Of a stretch of DNA of 64,000 nt, positions 14,131-28,800 are shown one piece after another. The stretch covers positions 416,001-480,000 of the forward strand of contig CP086569.2 of NCBI GenBank assembly GCA_009914755.4, in the 5' to 3' direction. The DNA comes from the human T2T-CHM13v2.0 reference genome, Homo sapiens. The translations under genes and the position numbers were made by a program. The notes under the pieces are model-generated. The model had not been told where the DNA came from, did no database searches, and saw nothing but the letters and a program-made list of their open reading frames with translations. Positions within the stretch are counted from its first letter, which is position 1; each line of letters starts with the position of its first letter.

Positions 14131-15539
14131 ATTGAAGAAAAGGCTCGGAGACGGAGTCTATGTCACCAGCATAGGAAAAGCAGGATGTGGCTTCCATTCC
14201 TTGAAACCTCTGTCTTCCTCCTGATTTACAAGTCCTGTCTGAGATTCTCCTCTGGTGTTTATTTGCTGTTTTTCTTGTGAAGCCAGATTTCCAAGCATAT
14301 TTTCACATTGGTTTTGAAGGTCCTGATGGAAAACATGTGCCTGGAGATAAATGTGCTTTAACCAAATGTGTGTCTTCTGGAACATTCTCTGGATAGCTCT
14401 AGCCAGTGAGGAGTAAGGACAGCTGCTTCCTTTGGACCCTACACTGACCATTGTTTGTCTCTACCTGCACAACCTCTATCTCTCCTCCAGTTTAAGCAAC
14501 CAGTTTCCTGCAGGTGAACATCCTGGCACCATAATTGGCTCAAAGATGGGCATAGGACTCAGTGCAAGCCCTGAGTTTGTGCAGAAACTGAGCAGTGTAA
14601 CAGCCTGGGAGGAAGTCCTGGAGGGACTTGAGCAAGATGACTTATCAGAGACAGAATCTGAGGAGAAGGCTCAGAACTTACCTCTAATCTCTTGCATGTT
14701 GAACCCAACAACTCAAATGAAAACCAGAGCTCATGGTTGCTGTTGAGACAGTCCACACTTTCCAGCCTCCTGAAGCAGAGAGTGGAGAAGAATGAAGAGG
14801 AACTGGGGAGGTAGAGGCTCTCTTGGGTTTATTGTAATACTTGAGTGAGTTAGCCCTTTTGAACAAACTTGACATTGAGCAGGTGTTGATTACAAATGAG
14901 ATGTTTCCTGTGTTACTCATGGACACCCAGAAGAGGCAGGGTATTAGAAAGGGTATTAGCTTCCACTGGCTGCTGTAACGAAAATGATGACAGACTTCAT
15001 CTTAGTTTATTTTGTACTTCTATAAAAGAGTGCCACTGATTAGGTAATTTATAAACAATGGGAGTTCATTGGTCTCATGGTTCCGAGGGCTGGAAAGTCT
15101 GAGGTTGAGGTGCTATGTCTGGTGAGGATCTTTTTGCTGTGTCATCCATTGTGAACTATCTCTTCGAGGTACTTCATATCCCCACTTCAGAGATGGAGAA
15201 ACTGAGGTTGAAGAATGGTCAGTCTTATTGCTCAGCCCCAGTGATGGGTGGAGTTGGGTTGACTTCAAACCTACTCTGAAATATAACATTAAGAAATGCT
15301 GGCAATATGGCGGTCACCAATAGTGTTCATCAACTCCAGAGGGCAAGGAGGTCTCGTAACTAGAAAACCTCACAGCTATTGCTGAAGGAAGGGCACAGAA
15401 TTGAATTCAACATGGTTGACTCCTTGAAACCTCCATCTTCCCTCTGACGTACAGCAAGTCCTGCCTGAGATTCTCCTCTGGTGATTGTTTGCTGTTTTTC
15501 AACTGGACCAGCTCCAGAGCCCAAGCTAACTGGGGTAAT

Positions 15540-16470
15540 GACGAGGGGAGGGTATGATAGATAGATAGATAGATAAATGATAGAGATAGATAGATGGGTA
15601 GATAGATATATAGATATACAGATGATAGATGGATAGATTGATAGAGGGGTAGATAGATATATAGATAGATGATAGATGGATAGATAGATTGATAGATGGG
15701 TAGACAGATATATAGGTAGATGATAGATGGATAGATTGATAGAAGGGTAGATATATAGATAGATGGGTAGATAGACAAATGATAGATGAATAGATAAATG
15801 ATATATGATGGACAGATACATAGATGATAGATGGATAAATAGATAAATGATAGATGAATAGATAAAAGATAGATGGATAGATAAATGACAGATGGATAGA
15901 TAGATAAATAATAGATGAATAGATAAAAGATAGACGATGGACAGATACCTAGATGATAGATGGACAAATAGATAAATGATAGATGAATAGATAAATGATA
16001 GAAAGATAAATGACAGATGGATAGATAGATAAATGTAGATGAATAGATAAAAGACACATTGATAGATAAATGATGGATAGATACATAAACAATAGATGGA
16101 TGGATAGATAGATAGATGGGTATTTAGATGGATAGATAGATAAATAGATAAGTAATACATGAATAGATAAATGACAGATGGATAGATAGATAGATAAATG
16201 ATAGATGAATAGATAAAAGATAGATGACGGACAGATAGATGATAGATGGATAAATAGATAAATGATAGATGAATAAATAAATGATAGCTGGGTAGATAGA
16301 TAAATGACAGATGGATAGACAGATTAATGATAGATGAATAATAAAAGATAGACTGATAAATGATGGAGAGATACATAAGCAATGGGTGGATAGATAGATA
16401 AATGGTAGATGGGTATTTAGATAGATAAATAGATAAGTAACAGATGAATAGATAACTGGTAGATGGACAG
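15540..16470. repeat. (GATA)n-family complex microsatellite (opposite orientation to 13560-14130)
   Basis: gatagatagatagataaatgatagagatagatagatgggtagatag... runs. Confidence 0.9.
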
Positions 16471-16939
16471 ATACATGCTAGATTTCCAAGCATATTTTCA
16501 CATTTTCACCTTGGTTTCATAGGTCCTGATATAAAACATATGCCTGGAGATCAATGTGCTTCAAATTAGGATTTTTTTTTCTTTTTTCTTTTTTTGCCCC
16601 AGAAGGTTAGGAGAGTCCCCATAGAACGTGGGAGGGGACCTGTTTAGTGTCCAGAGCTTGCTGGAGAGGCTCCAGCATGACTCGTTGCTGGATGCTAAAC
16701 AGGTGGTCCCCCGAGAAAGACCTGGGTCTGGAGGTGAGGGTTGCAGGGTTTATATGCCAGCAACAGAACAGGCGCTTCCTTGGAGAAGTATGTGTGAACC
16801 GGTCGCCCTCCCCACCTAAAGGTGTTCTGGGTTTGAGGAGGTTGTCAGTGGTGACCGTATGACCCCAAAAGTCAAACAGAAGAATGTGCTTTATCCTTCC
16901 TTCTGCTTTAGGGAGGAGAATGTCTGCAGCAGTTCTTGT

Positions 16940-17988
16940 TAATTCATGAAGCATGTGACTAATTGCATCAAGGATGAAACAAGGTAGGTAGGTAGGTAGA
17001 CAGTTAAGTATGCACATGCATATGTACATAGATGGCAGATAGATGGGTAATAGATCAATGCCAGATAGATAAATAGATGCTGGATAGAGAGAGAGATAGA
17101 CGATGAATAGAGAGATAGATGATGGATAGAGAGAGAGGGATACATAGATAGATGATTGATTGATTGATTGATTGATTGATGAGATAGATACATGGATAAA
17201 AGAGCCATACACATTACAGTGTGTATACATGCAGAGATAGACGATAGACATAGGTAGTATGTAGATAGATAGGCAGATAGATGATAGATGATGGATAGAC
17301 AGGAGATAGAGAGATAAATGCTAGATAGAGAGACAAAGAGATAGAGATAGATAACGGATAGATAGATGAGGTACATAGACGTAGATAAATAGATAGCTAA
17401 TAGGTAGATAGATAATAGATGATTGATGGATAATAGATAGATAGGTAGATAAACAGATCATAGGTAGGTAGATAATAGATGATTGATAGATAATAGATAG
17501 ATGATAGATTAAATAGGTAGATGATAGATGATAGGTAGATAATAGGTAGATGATAGATAGCTAGATAGATGATAGATAGATAGGCAGATAGATAGATGGT
17601 AGACAGATAGATGATAGACAGATAGATGATAGATAGATATATAGACAGATATATAGATAGCTAGATAGATGATAGATAGCTAGATAGCTAGATAGATGAT
17701 AGATAGATAGGCAGATAGATAGCTAGATGATAGATGATAGATAGATATATAGACAGATATATAGATAGATAGCTAGATAGATGATAGATAGATAGATAGA
17801 TGATAGATATATAGACAGATATATAGATAGATAGCTAGATAGATGATAGATAGATAGATGATAGACAGAGAATAGATAGATATATAGACAGATATATAGA
17901 TAGATAGCTAGATAGATGATAGGTAGATAGATAGATGATAGATAGATGATAGATAGATATATAGACATATATAGATAGCTAGATAGAT

Positions 17989-18034
<46 letters not shown>

Positions 18035-18050
18035 CAGATAGATAGAATAT
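16940..18050. repeat. (GATA)n/(TGAT)n complex microsatellite
   Basis: gatagatag, gattgattgattgattgattgatg and agatagctagatagatgatagat runs. Confidence 0.9.
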
Positions 18051-18479
18051 CAATTTGTTCTTGCATTGCTATAAAGCAATACCTGAGCCTGGGTAATTTA
18101 TAAAGAAAAGAGGTTGAATTGGCTCATGGTTCTGCAGGCTGTACAAGAAGCCCAGTGGCTTGGGCTTCTGAGGAGGCCTCAGGAAACTTATAGGCAAAGG
18201 GGAAACAGGTACGTCTTACATTGCTGGAGTAAGAGGAGAGGCGGGGGAGGTGCCACACACTTGTAATCAACCAGATCGCGTGAGAACTCTAGCAGAAGAA
18301 CAGCGCCAAAGGGATGGTCCTAAACCACTCCTGAGGGGCCCACCCCCACGATCCAATCACCTCTCCCCAGGCCTAAACCACTCCTGAGGGGCCCACCCCC
18401 ACGATCCAATCACCTCTCACCAGGCCCCACCTCCAACATTGGGGATTACAATTCAGCATGCGATTTGGGCAGGGACACA

Positions 18480-19730
18480 GATCCAAACCCTATTAGATAG
18501 ATAGATTAATGATAGATGGATAGATAGATAGATGATTGATGGATACATAGATAAATGATAGATGGATAGATAAATGATAGAGGGATAAATAGATGATAGA
18601 TGGATAGATAGATGATTGATGGATAGATGGATAAATGATAGATGGATAGATAATGATTGATGGATATATAGATAATGATTGATGGATAGATAAATGATGG
18701 ATAGATAAATGATAGATGGATAAATAGATGATAGATGGATAGATAGATGATTGATGGATAGATGGATAAATGATAGATGGATAAATAGATGATAGATGGA
18801 TAGATAGATGATAGATGGATAGATGGATAAATGATAGATGGATAGATAATGATTGATGGATATATAGATAATGATTGATGGATAGATAGATAAATGGTAG
18901 ATGGATAGATAAATGATAGATGGATAAATAGATGATAGACGGATAGATAGATGATTGATGGATAGATGGATAAATGATAGATGGATAGATAATGATTGAT
19001 GGATATATAGATAATGATTGATGGATAGATAGATAAATGGTAGATGGATAGATAAATGATAGATGGATAAATAGATGATAGACGGATAGATAGATGATTG
19101 ATGGATAGATGGATAAATGATAGATGGATAGATAATGAATGATGGATAGATAAATGATAGATGGATAGATAAATGATAGATGGATAAATAGATGATAGAT
19201 GGATAGATAGATAATTGATGGATAGATGGATAAATGATACATGGATAGATAATGATTGACGGATAGATAGATAATGATTGGTGGATAGATAAATGATAGA
19301 TGGATAGATAGATGATTGATGGATAGATAGATAAATGATAGATGGATAGATAGATGGGTAGATAGATATATAAATGATAGGTAGATAAATGATAGATGAA
19401 CATATAAATGATTGATAGATGGATAGATAAATGATAGATGAATAGATAAATGATGGATAGACACATAATAGATGGATAGAAAGATAGATAAATGATAGAT
19501 GGGTATTTAGATGGATAGATAGATAAATAGATAAATAATAGATGGACAGATAACTGATAGTTGGGCAGATAGATAAATGATCGATGGATAGATAAAAGAT
19601 AGATAAATAAATAATAGATAGATCAATAAATAGTAAATGAATAGATGAATGACAGATGGGTAGATAGATGGATAGATAAATGATAGATGGATAGATAGAT
19701 AGATAATAGATGACAGATAGGTGAGAGAGA
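18480..19730. repeat. (GATA)n/(GATG)n microsatellite with a higher-order repeat of about 160 bp
   Basis: The block ggatagataatgattgatggatatatagataatgattgatggatagatagataaatggtagatgg recurs at about 18840, 19000 and about 19160. Confidence 0.9.
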
Positions 19731-19799
19731 AATGGGTGACGGAAGGGAGAGAAAGAAGGAGAGAGATTTGGGGTCATTAAATAGCAGAGGAAAAGCATG

Positions 19800-19915
19800 T
19801 ACACAAAACTTTTGCAGCATGTGCAATGGAATATATATATATGTTTATATATATATGTTTATATATATATATAAATACACACACACAGAGAGAGACAGAG
19901 AGAGAGACAGAGTCA
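19800..19915. repeat. Compound (TA)n-(CA)n-(GA)n microsatellite
   Basis: atatatatatgtttatatatatat...acacacacagagagagacagagagagagacagag. Confidence 0.85.
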
Positions 19916-20174
19916 TCAGAGAGTCATCAGACAGCAGAGAGGAAACCCACCCAGCACTGAGGTCATACAGCAAGCTGGAAAGAGACAATGAGTAATGTTT
20001 GACATGAGAGGTCATTTTCTGCACGTCTGGAATCGAGGCATTGATTTTTCATACACATTATGGCTATTGGCTAGAGATGATCATTGAACCTGTCTGAAGA
20101 CAGATCTCTGGGTGGAGCAGACCAAGGCTGTTTGGTGACTTGCGTTATTTGAAGATTTCCCTGCATGCTACTGA

Positions 20175-20268
20175 AACCAGATGTAGTGAGCTATGATCAT
20201 CCCACTGCACTCCACCCTGAGCGACAGAGCGAGACCCTGACTCTTATAAAAATAAAAATAAAAAATAA
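20175..20268 (+). mobile_element. Alu right-arm terminal fragment with A-rich tail
   Basis: gtgagctatgatcatcccactgcactccaccctgagcgacagagcgagaccctgactc plus (aaaat)n. Confidence 0.6.
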
Positions 20269-20600
20269 GGCCAGTGCAGTGGCTCAAGCCTGTCATCCCA
20301 GCACTTTGGGAGGCCGAGGCGGGTGGATCATGAGGTCAGGAGTTCGAGACCAGCCTGGCCAACAGGGTGAAACCCCGTCTCTACTAAAAGTACAAAAATT
20401 ATCTGGGAGTGGTGGCAGGTGCCTGTAGTCCCAGCTACTCGGGAGGCTGAGGCAGGAGAATGGCGTGAACCTGGAGGCAGAGGTTGCAGTGAGCCGAGAT
20501 GTTGCCCAGGCTGGGTGACAGAGCAAGACTCCATTTCAAAAAATAAATAAATTAATTAAATAAAAATAACATAACATAAAATAAAATGGGAACGTCTCCA
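20269..20600 (+). mobile_element. Alu SINE
   Basis: ggccagtgcagtggctcaagcctgtcatcccagcactttgggaggccgaggcgggtggatca... plus an A-rich tail. Confidence 0.95.
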
Positions 20601-20714
20601 CTCCTCAGAGTGACTCATCCCACCGATCCCACACTGAAATTTAGTTTTTGACACACTGCAGAATGCAAGTAATAATTGCTCAAAATTTGACTGAAGGCGC
20701 TGCCCAGAAAGTGA

Positions 20715-21009
<295 letters not shown>

Positions 21010-21228
21010 ACCTCCACCTCCCAGGTTCAAGTGAGTCTCCTGCCTCAGCCTCCCGAGTAGCTGGGACTACAGGCACCTGCCACTACACCCGGCTAATTTT
21101 TGTATTTTTAGTAGAGACGGGGTTTCACCACGTTGGCCAGGCTGGTCTTGAACTCCTGACCTCGTGATCCGCCCACCTCGGCCTCCCAAAGTGCTGGGAT
21201 TACAGGCATGAGGCCACCGCGCCCGGCC
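21010..21228 (-). mobile_element. Alu SINE, truncated, directly abutting the previous copy
   Basis: cctccacctcccaggttcaagtgagtctcctgcctcagcctcccgagtagctgggactacagg ... catgaggccaccgcgcccggcc. Confidence 0.85.
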
Positions 21229-21416
21229 AAAAATGGATTTTAATTGCCTAAATTTCCTGCCTCTAGGAGAAAGTACCTTCTTGATCCTTCAGGAGCTAAT
21301 TTCCACCCAAATCCTCGATGGCTTCAGGGCTCTGGCTGGCAGATGATGTTACAGTGAGGAAGCCGTCGTCCTGTGTGGAGTATGGTTCACACTAGCATGC
21401 TGTGTCCTGGCCATCA

Positions 21417-21925
<509 letters not shown>

Positions 21926-23300
21926 TTAAAGATAGAGGGAGAAAGAGGAGAAACAAGAGGAGGAGGAGGCTGGAGGAGGAGAAGGAGGAGGAAGAGAAAG
22001 AGGAGGAGGTGGAGGAGGAGGGAGACAGAGGAGGAGGAGGGAGTGGTTGGAGGAGGAGAAAGAGAAGGATGAGGAAGAGAAAAAGAAGGAGGGGGAGGAG
22101 GAAGAAGAGGAGGAGGGGAAGGAGGAGAAAGAGGAGGAGAGGGAGGAAGAGGAGGAGGCTGGAGGAGGAGAAAAAGGAGAAAGAGAAAAAGGAGGAGGGA
22201 GAGGAGGAGGGGAAGGAGGAGGGAGAGAAAGAGGAGGAGAGGGAGGAAGAGGAGGAGGCTGGAGGAGGAGGAAAAGGAGGAGGGAGAGGAGGAGGGGAAG
22301 GAGGAGGGAGAGAAAGAGGAGGAGAGGGAGGAAGAGGAGGAGGCTGGAGGAGGAGAAAAAGGAGAAAGAGAAAAAGGAGGAGGGAGAGGAGGAGGGGAAG
22401 GAGGAGGGAGAGAAAGAGGAGGAGAGGGAGGAAGAGGAGGAGGCTGGAGGAGGAGGAAAAGGAGAAAGAGAAAAAGGAGGAGGGAGAGGAGGAGGGGAAG
22501 GGGGAGGGAGAGAAGTAGAAGCAGGAAGAGTGGGGAAGGAGGAGGTTGGAGAAGGTGGAGGAGGAAGAAGAGAAACAGGAAGAAGAGGAGGAAAAAGGGG
22601 AGGAGGAGGGAGAGGAGGAAAGAGAGGAGGAGGGGAAGGAGGAGGAAGAGAAAGAGGAGGAGGGGGAGAAGCAGGGAGAGGAGGAGGAGGAAGAGAAAGA
22701 GGAGGAGGGAGAGGAGGAGGGAGAGGAGGAGGAAGAGAAAGAGGAGAAGGGAGAGGAGGAGGGGGAGGAGGAGGGAGAGGAGGAGGAGGAAGAGAAAGAG
22801 GAGGAGGGAGAGGAGGAAGAGCCTGGAGGAGGAGGAAGAGAAAGAAGAAAAGGAAGAGGAGGGGAAAGAAGAGGCTGGAGAAGATGGAGGAGGAAGAAGA
22901 GAAAGAGGAAGAGGAGAGGGGAGAGGATGAGGGGAAGGAGGAGGAAGAGAAAGAGGAGGAGGGAGAGGAGGAAGAGGCTGGAGAGGAGAAGGAGGAAGAG
23001 AAAGAGGAGGAGGGGGAGGAGGGGAAGGAAGAGGTTGGAGAAGGTAGAGGAGGAAGAAGCGAAAGAAAAGGAGGGGGAGGAGAGAGGGGAGGAGAAAGAA
23101 CAGGAAGAGGAGAGGGAGAAGGAGGAACAAGAGAAGGGGGAAGAGGGGAGGAGGAAAAGATGAGAGGAGGAGAAGGAAGCGGAAGAGAAAGAGGGAGAGG
23201 TGGAGAAGGGGGAGGAGGAGGGGAAGGAGGAGGAGGAAGAGGAGGAGGAGAAGAAGGTGGAGGAGGGAGAAAAGGGAAGAGGGGGGAAGAGGGGGGAGAG
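21926..23300. repeat. Homopurine GA/GGA-rich tract of about 1.4 kb with a higher-order unit of about 100-110 bp
   Basis: The + strand is essentially only G and A for 1.4 kb. The block gaggaggaggctggaggaggag(a/g)aaaaggag(a/g)aagagaaaaaggaggagggagaggaggaggggaaggagga recurs at about 22150, 22250, 22330 and 22440. Confidence 0.95.
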
Positions 23301-23402
23301 GGACTCAGGAAAACAGGTCCCCCTCACCCCCATCCCACCGTAATAAAGACATGACGCCTTTTTATGCTGAGAAAACATCAAGCTGTGTTTCTCCTTCCCC
23401 AG

Positions 23403-23443
23403 AGACACTTCGCAGCCCCTCTTGGGATCCAGCGCAGCGCAAG
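23403..23443 (+). other. Speculative 41-nt cassette-exon-like segment, bounded by a strong 3' splice-site consensus and a strong 5' splice-site consensus
   Basis: tgtgtttctccttccccAG|agacacttcgcagcccctcttgggatccagcgcagcgcaag|GTaagcc. This is motif-only evidence. Confidence 0.12.
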
Positions 23444-24247
23444 GTAAGCCAGATGCCTCTGCTGTTGCCCTCCCTGTGGGCCTGCTCTCCTCACGCCGGC
23501 CCCCACCTGGGCCACCTGTGGCACCTGCCAGGAGGCTGAGCTGCAAACCCCAATGAGGGGCAGGTGCTCCCGGAGACCTGCTTCCCACACGCCCATCGTT
23601 CTGCCCCCCGCTTTGAGTTCTCCCAGGCCCCTCTGTGCACCCCTCCCTAGCAGGAACATGCCGTCTGCCCCCTTGAGCTTTGCAAGGTCTCGGTGATAAT
23701 AGGAAGGTCTTTGCCTTGCAGGGAGAATGAGTCATCCGTGCTCCCTCCGAGGGGGATTCTGGAGTCCACAGTAATTGCAGGGCTGACACTCTGCCCTGCA
23801 CCGGGCGCCCCAGCTCCTCCCCACCTCCCTCCTCCATCCCTGTCTCCGGATATTAAGACGGGGCGCTCAGGGGCCTGTAACTGGGGAAGGTATACCCGCC
23901 CTGCAGAGGTGGACCCTGTCTGTTTTGATTTCTGTTCCATGTCCAAGGCAGGACATGACCCTGTTTTGGAATGCTGATTTATGGATTTTCCAGGCCACTG
24001 TGCCCCAGATACAATTTTCTCTGACATTAAGAATACGTAGAGAACCAAATGCATTTTCTTCTTAAAAAAAAAAAAAAACCAAAAAAAAAAAAAAAAACCA
24101 AAAAACTGTACTTAATAAGATCCATGCCTATAAGACAAAGGAACACCTCTTGTCATATATGTGGGACCTCGGGCAGCGTGTGAAAGTTTACTTGCAGTTT
24201 GCAGTAAAATGACAAAGCTAACACCTGGCGTGGACAATCTTACCTAG

Positions 24248-24559
<312 letters not shown>

Positions 24560-24896
24560 TAGCCTCCACTGCCCCATCAGCAAAAGGCAAAACAGGTTAC
24601 CAGCCTCCCGCCACCCCTGAAGAATAATTGTGAAAAAATGTGGAATTAGCAACATGTTGGCAGGATTTTTGCTGAGGTTATAAGCCACTTCCTTCATCTG
24701 GGTCTGAGCTTTTTTGTATTCGGTCTTACCATTCGTTGGTTCTGTAGTTCATGTTTCAAAAATGCAGCCTCAGAGACTGCAAGCCGCTGAGTCAAATACA
24801 AATAGATTTTTAAAGTGTATTTATTTTAAACAAAAAATAAAATCACACATAAGATAAAACAAAACGAAACTGACTTTATACAGTAAAATAAACGAT

Positions 24897-25341
<445 letters not shown>

Positions 25342-25375
25342 TCATTGCTGGAGCACGGGTGAGACTATGTCTTTA

Positions 25376-25882
<507 letters not shown>

Positions 25883-26338
25883 TCAAAACAGCAGAGATTC
25901 ATCCTCTCCCAGCTGTGGAGAACAGCAGTCTGTGATCCAGCTGTCTGAGGACCTTCCTCCCATCAGAAGCTCTAGGGGAGGCTCCTTCCTGCCTCTCCCA
26001 GCTCCTGGGGGCTCCAGGTGTCCCTGGGCTTGTGGCCGCATCACTCCAGTCTCTGCCTCCATCTCCACGTGGCCTTCTCCTCTGTGTCTGCGTCTCCTCT
26101 TCTGTCTCTTACAGGGACACCTGTCATTGTATTTAGGGCCCAGCCCTAAATGGAGTACCAGGATGACCTCATTATAACTAACTATATCTGCAGAGACCGT
26201 AGTTCCAAATAAGTCACCCGTCCTGGGTTCCAGATGAAATTATTTGTGTGGGGGAGATATTATTCCACCTGCTACGCAGGATGATTTGTTTTCCTCACTA
26301 TCAGTGATTGAGATTAACATGTTTCTGTGCTTGGTTAG

Positions 26339-26695
<357 letters not shown>

Positions 26696-26781
26696 TAAAA
26701 ATCTGTGAGAACTTTCCTTAGGTGATCATCCAAGCCTCAGGGGTCTGAGCAATGGCTTTTTGCTGTAAAAGTCAGACGTGG

Positions 26782-27582
<801 letters not shown>

Positions 27583-28029
27583 CTCACCTCCTTGACCGTT
27601 TACAGGTGACAACTGTTTGAATCGGTCACCAAAGCGTCAAGATTACGGATCCTCAAGCCGTAGACATTTCACGTACAATCAAAATCAACTGAAAAGGCAG
27701 GCGACGTTTCCTGGAGGAACTTTGCTGAAAGAAAAGTCATGAGCCATAACAAACCCTGGAACCGGCTTCTTAACCCCCACCGCAAACTCCCAAGCTTCGG
27801 CGTGTGTTGAAAAACCAGAAAGACAGCCTTCTCTAAATAGGATCCACATCTTCATCTTTCTCTCAGGACCCCAAAGACACCTCCTGGCTGTTTCTTGCTG
27901 GAGAGAAAGCATTTCACGTGCAGTACACCCTGTTTGAAACATCGCTTGGGTATTTTGATACATTGTTTTGTTGTAGTCAGAAACAGCGCATCAGAAAACA
28001 CAGTTGTACAAATACTCTTTTTAATGGTA

Positions 28030-28800
28030 CTCGGTGGGGGCTGTGTGTGTGTTTTAAAATAACAAAACTGCTAAACTCCATGGGAATTACTCAAAATGAA
28101 TATCAGGGAAAGGTTTCCTTCGTTACTTAAACAGATGCCTTTGCAACCTACTATTTTATTTTATTATGTCATTTCTATGGGAAGAGATTATTTAAAAGAA
28201 GAAAAGGGGCCCCAGGTTTTCTCTCCTAAATTTCTAGCCCCAAACCTTCGTGATATTGAAAAGCAAGTATATCACAAAAGACTGTCTTCTACAAATTATA
28301 TTTTTAATTGCAGTGTGCGTGTGTGTTTTAAAATAACAAAACTGCTAAACTCCATGGGAATTAGTCAAAATGAATATCGGGGAAGGGTTTCCTTCGATAC
28401 TTAAATAGGTACCTTTGCAACCTACTATTTTATTTTATTATGTCATTTCTATGGGAGGAGATTATTTAAAAGGAGGAGCTCACGTTTTTCGTACGAAATT
28501 TCTAGCCCCAACCCTCCATGATACTGAAAAGCAAGTATATCAGAAAAGACTGTGTTCTACAAATTATGTTTTTAATTGCACTGTGTGTGTGTGTGTGTGT
28601 GTGTGTGTTTTAAAATAACAAAACTGCTAAACTCCATGGGAATTACTCAAAATGAATATCAGGGAAAGGTTTCCTTCGTTACTTAAACAGATGCCTTTGC
28701 AACCTACTATTTTATTTTATTATGTCATTTCTATGGGAGGAGATTATTTAAAAGGAGGAGCCCACTTTCTTGCTTTTAAATTTCCAGCCCCAACCCTTCT
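28030..28800. repeat. Low-copy tandem repeat, unit about 265-285 bp, about 2.7 copies, each starting with a (TG)n block
   Basis: The unit tgtgtgtgttttaaaataacaaaactgctaaactccatgggaatta[c/g]tcaaaatgaatatc[a/g]gggaa[a/g]ggtttccttcg[t/a]tacttaaa[c/t]ag...gcaacctactattttattttattatgtcatttctatggga[a/g]gagattatttaaaag... begins at about 28033, 28318 and 28583. The third copy has an expanded (GT)n. Confidence 0.85.

Noticed and set aside
18453-19804. 432-, 337- and 323-aa minus-strand ORFs ([12 protein letters not shown]...)
   Set aside because: They are translation of the GATA/GATG microsatellite arrays. Similar artefacts occur at 30-658, 3581-4525, 13469-14135, 15360-16493 and 16607-17376.
24060-24102. 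Poly-A tract a15cc a17cc a6 without an adjacent SINE or LINE body
   Set aside because: It is probably the orphan tail of a truncated retroposon or simple A-rich slippage. No upstream element body was recognised.
28030-28800. CRISPR-like appearance of regularly spaced repeats (also 52430-54430)
   Set aside because: The genome is eukaryotic. The spacers are themselves part of the repeating unit or are Alu copies. The units are about 280-375 bp, far outside CRISPR repeat or spacer sizes. These are tandem duplications.
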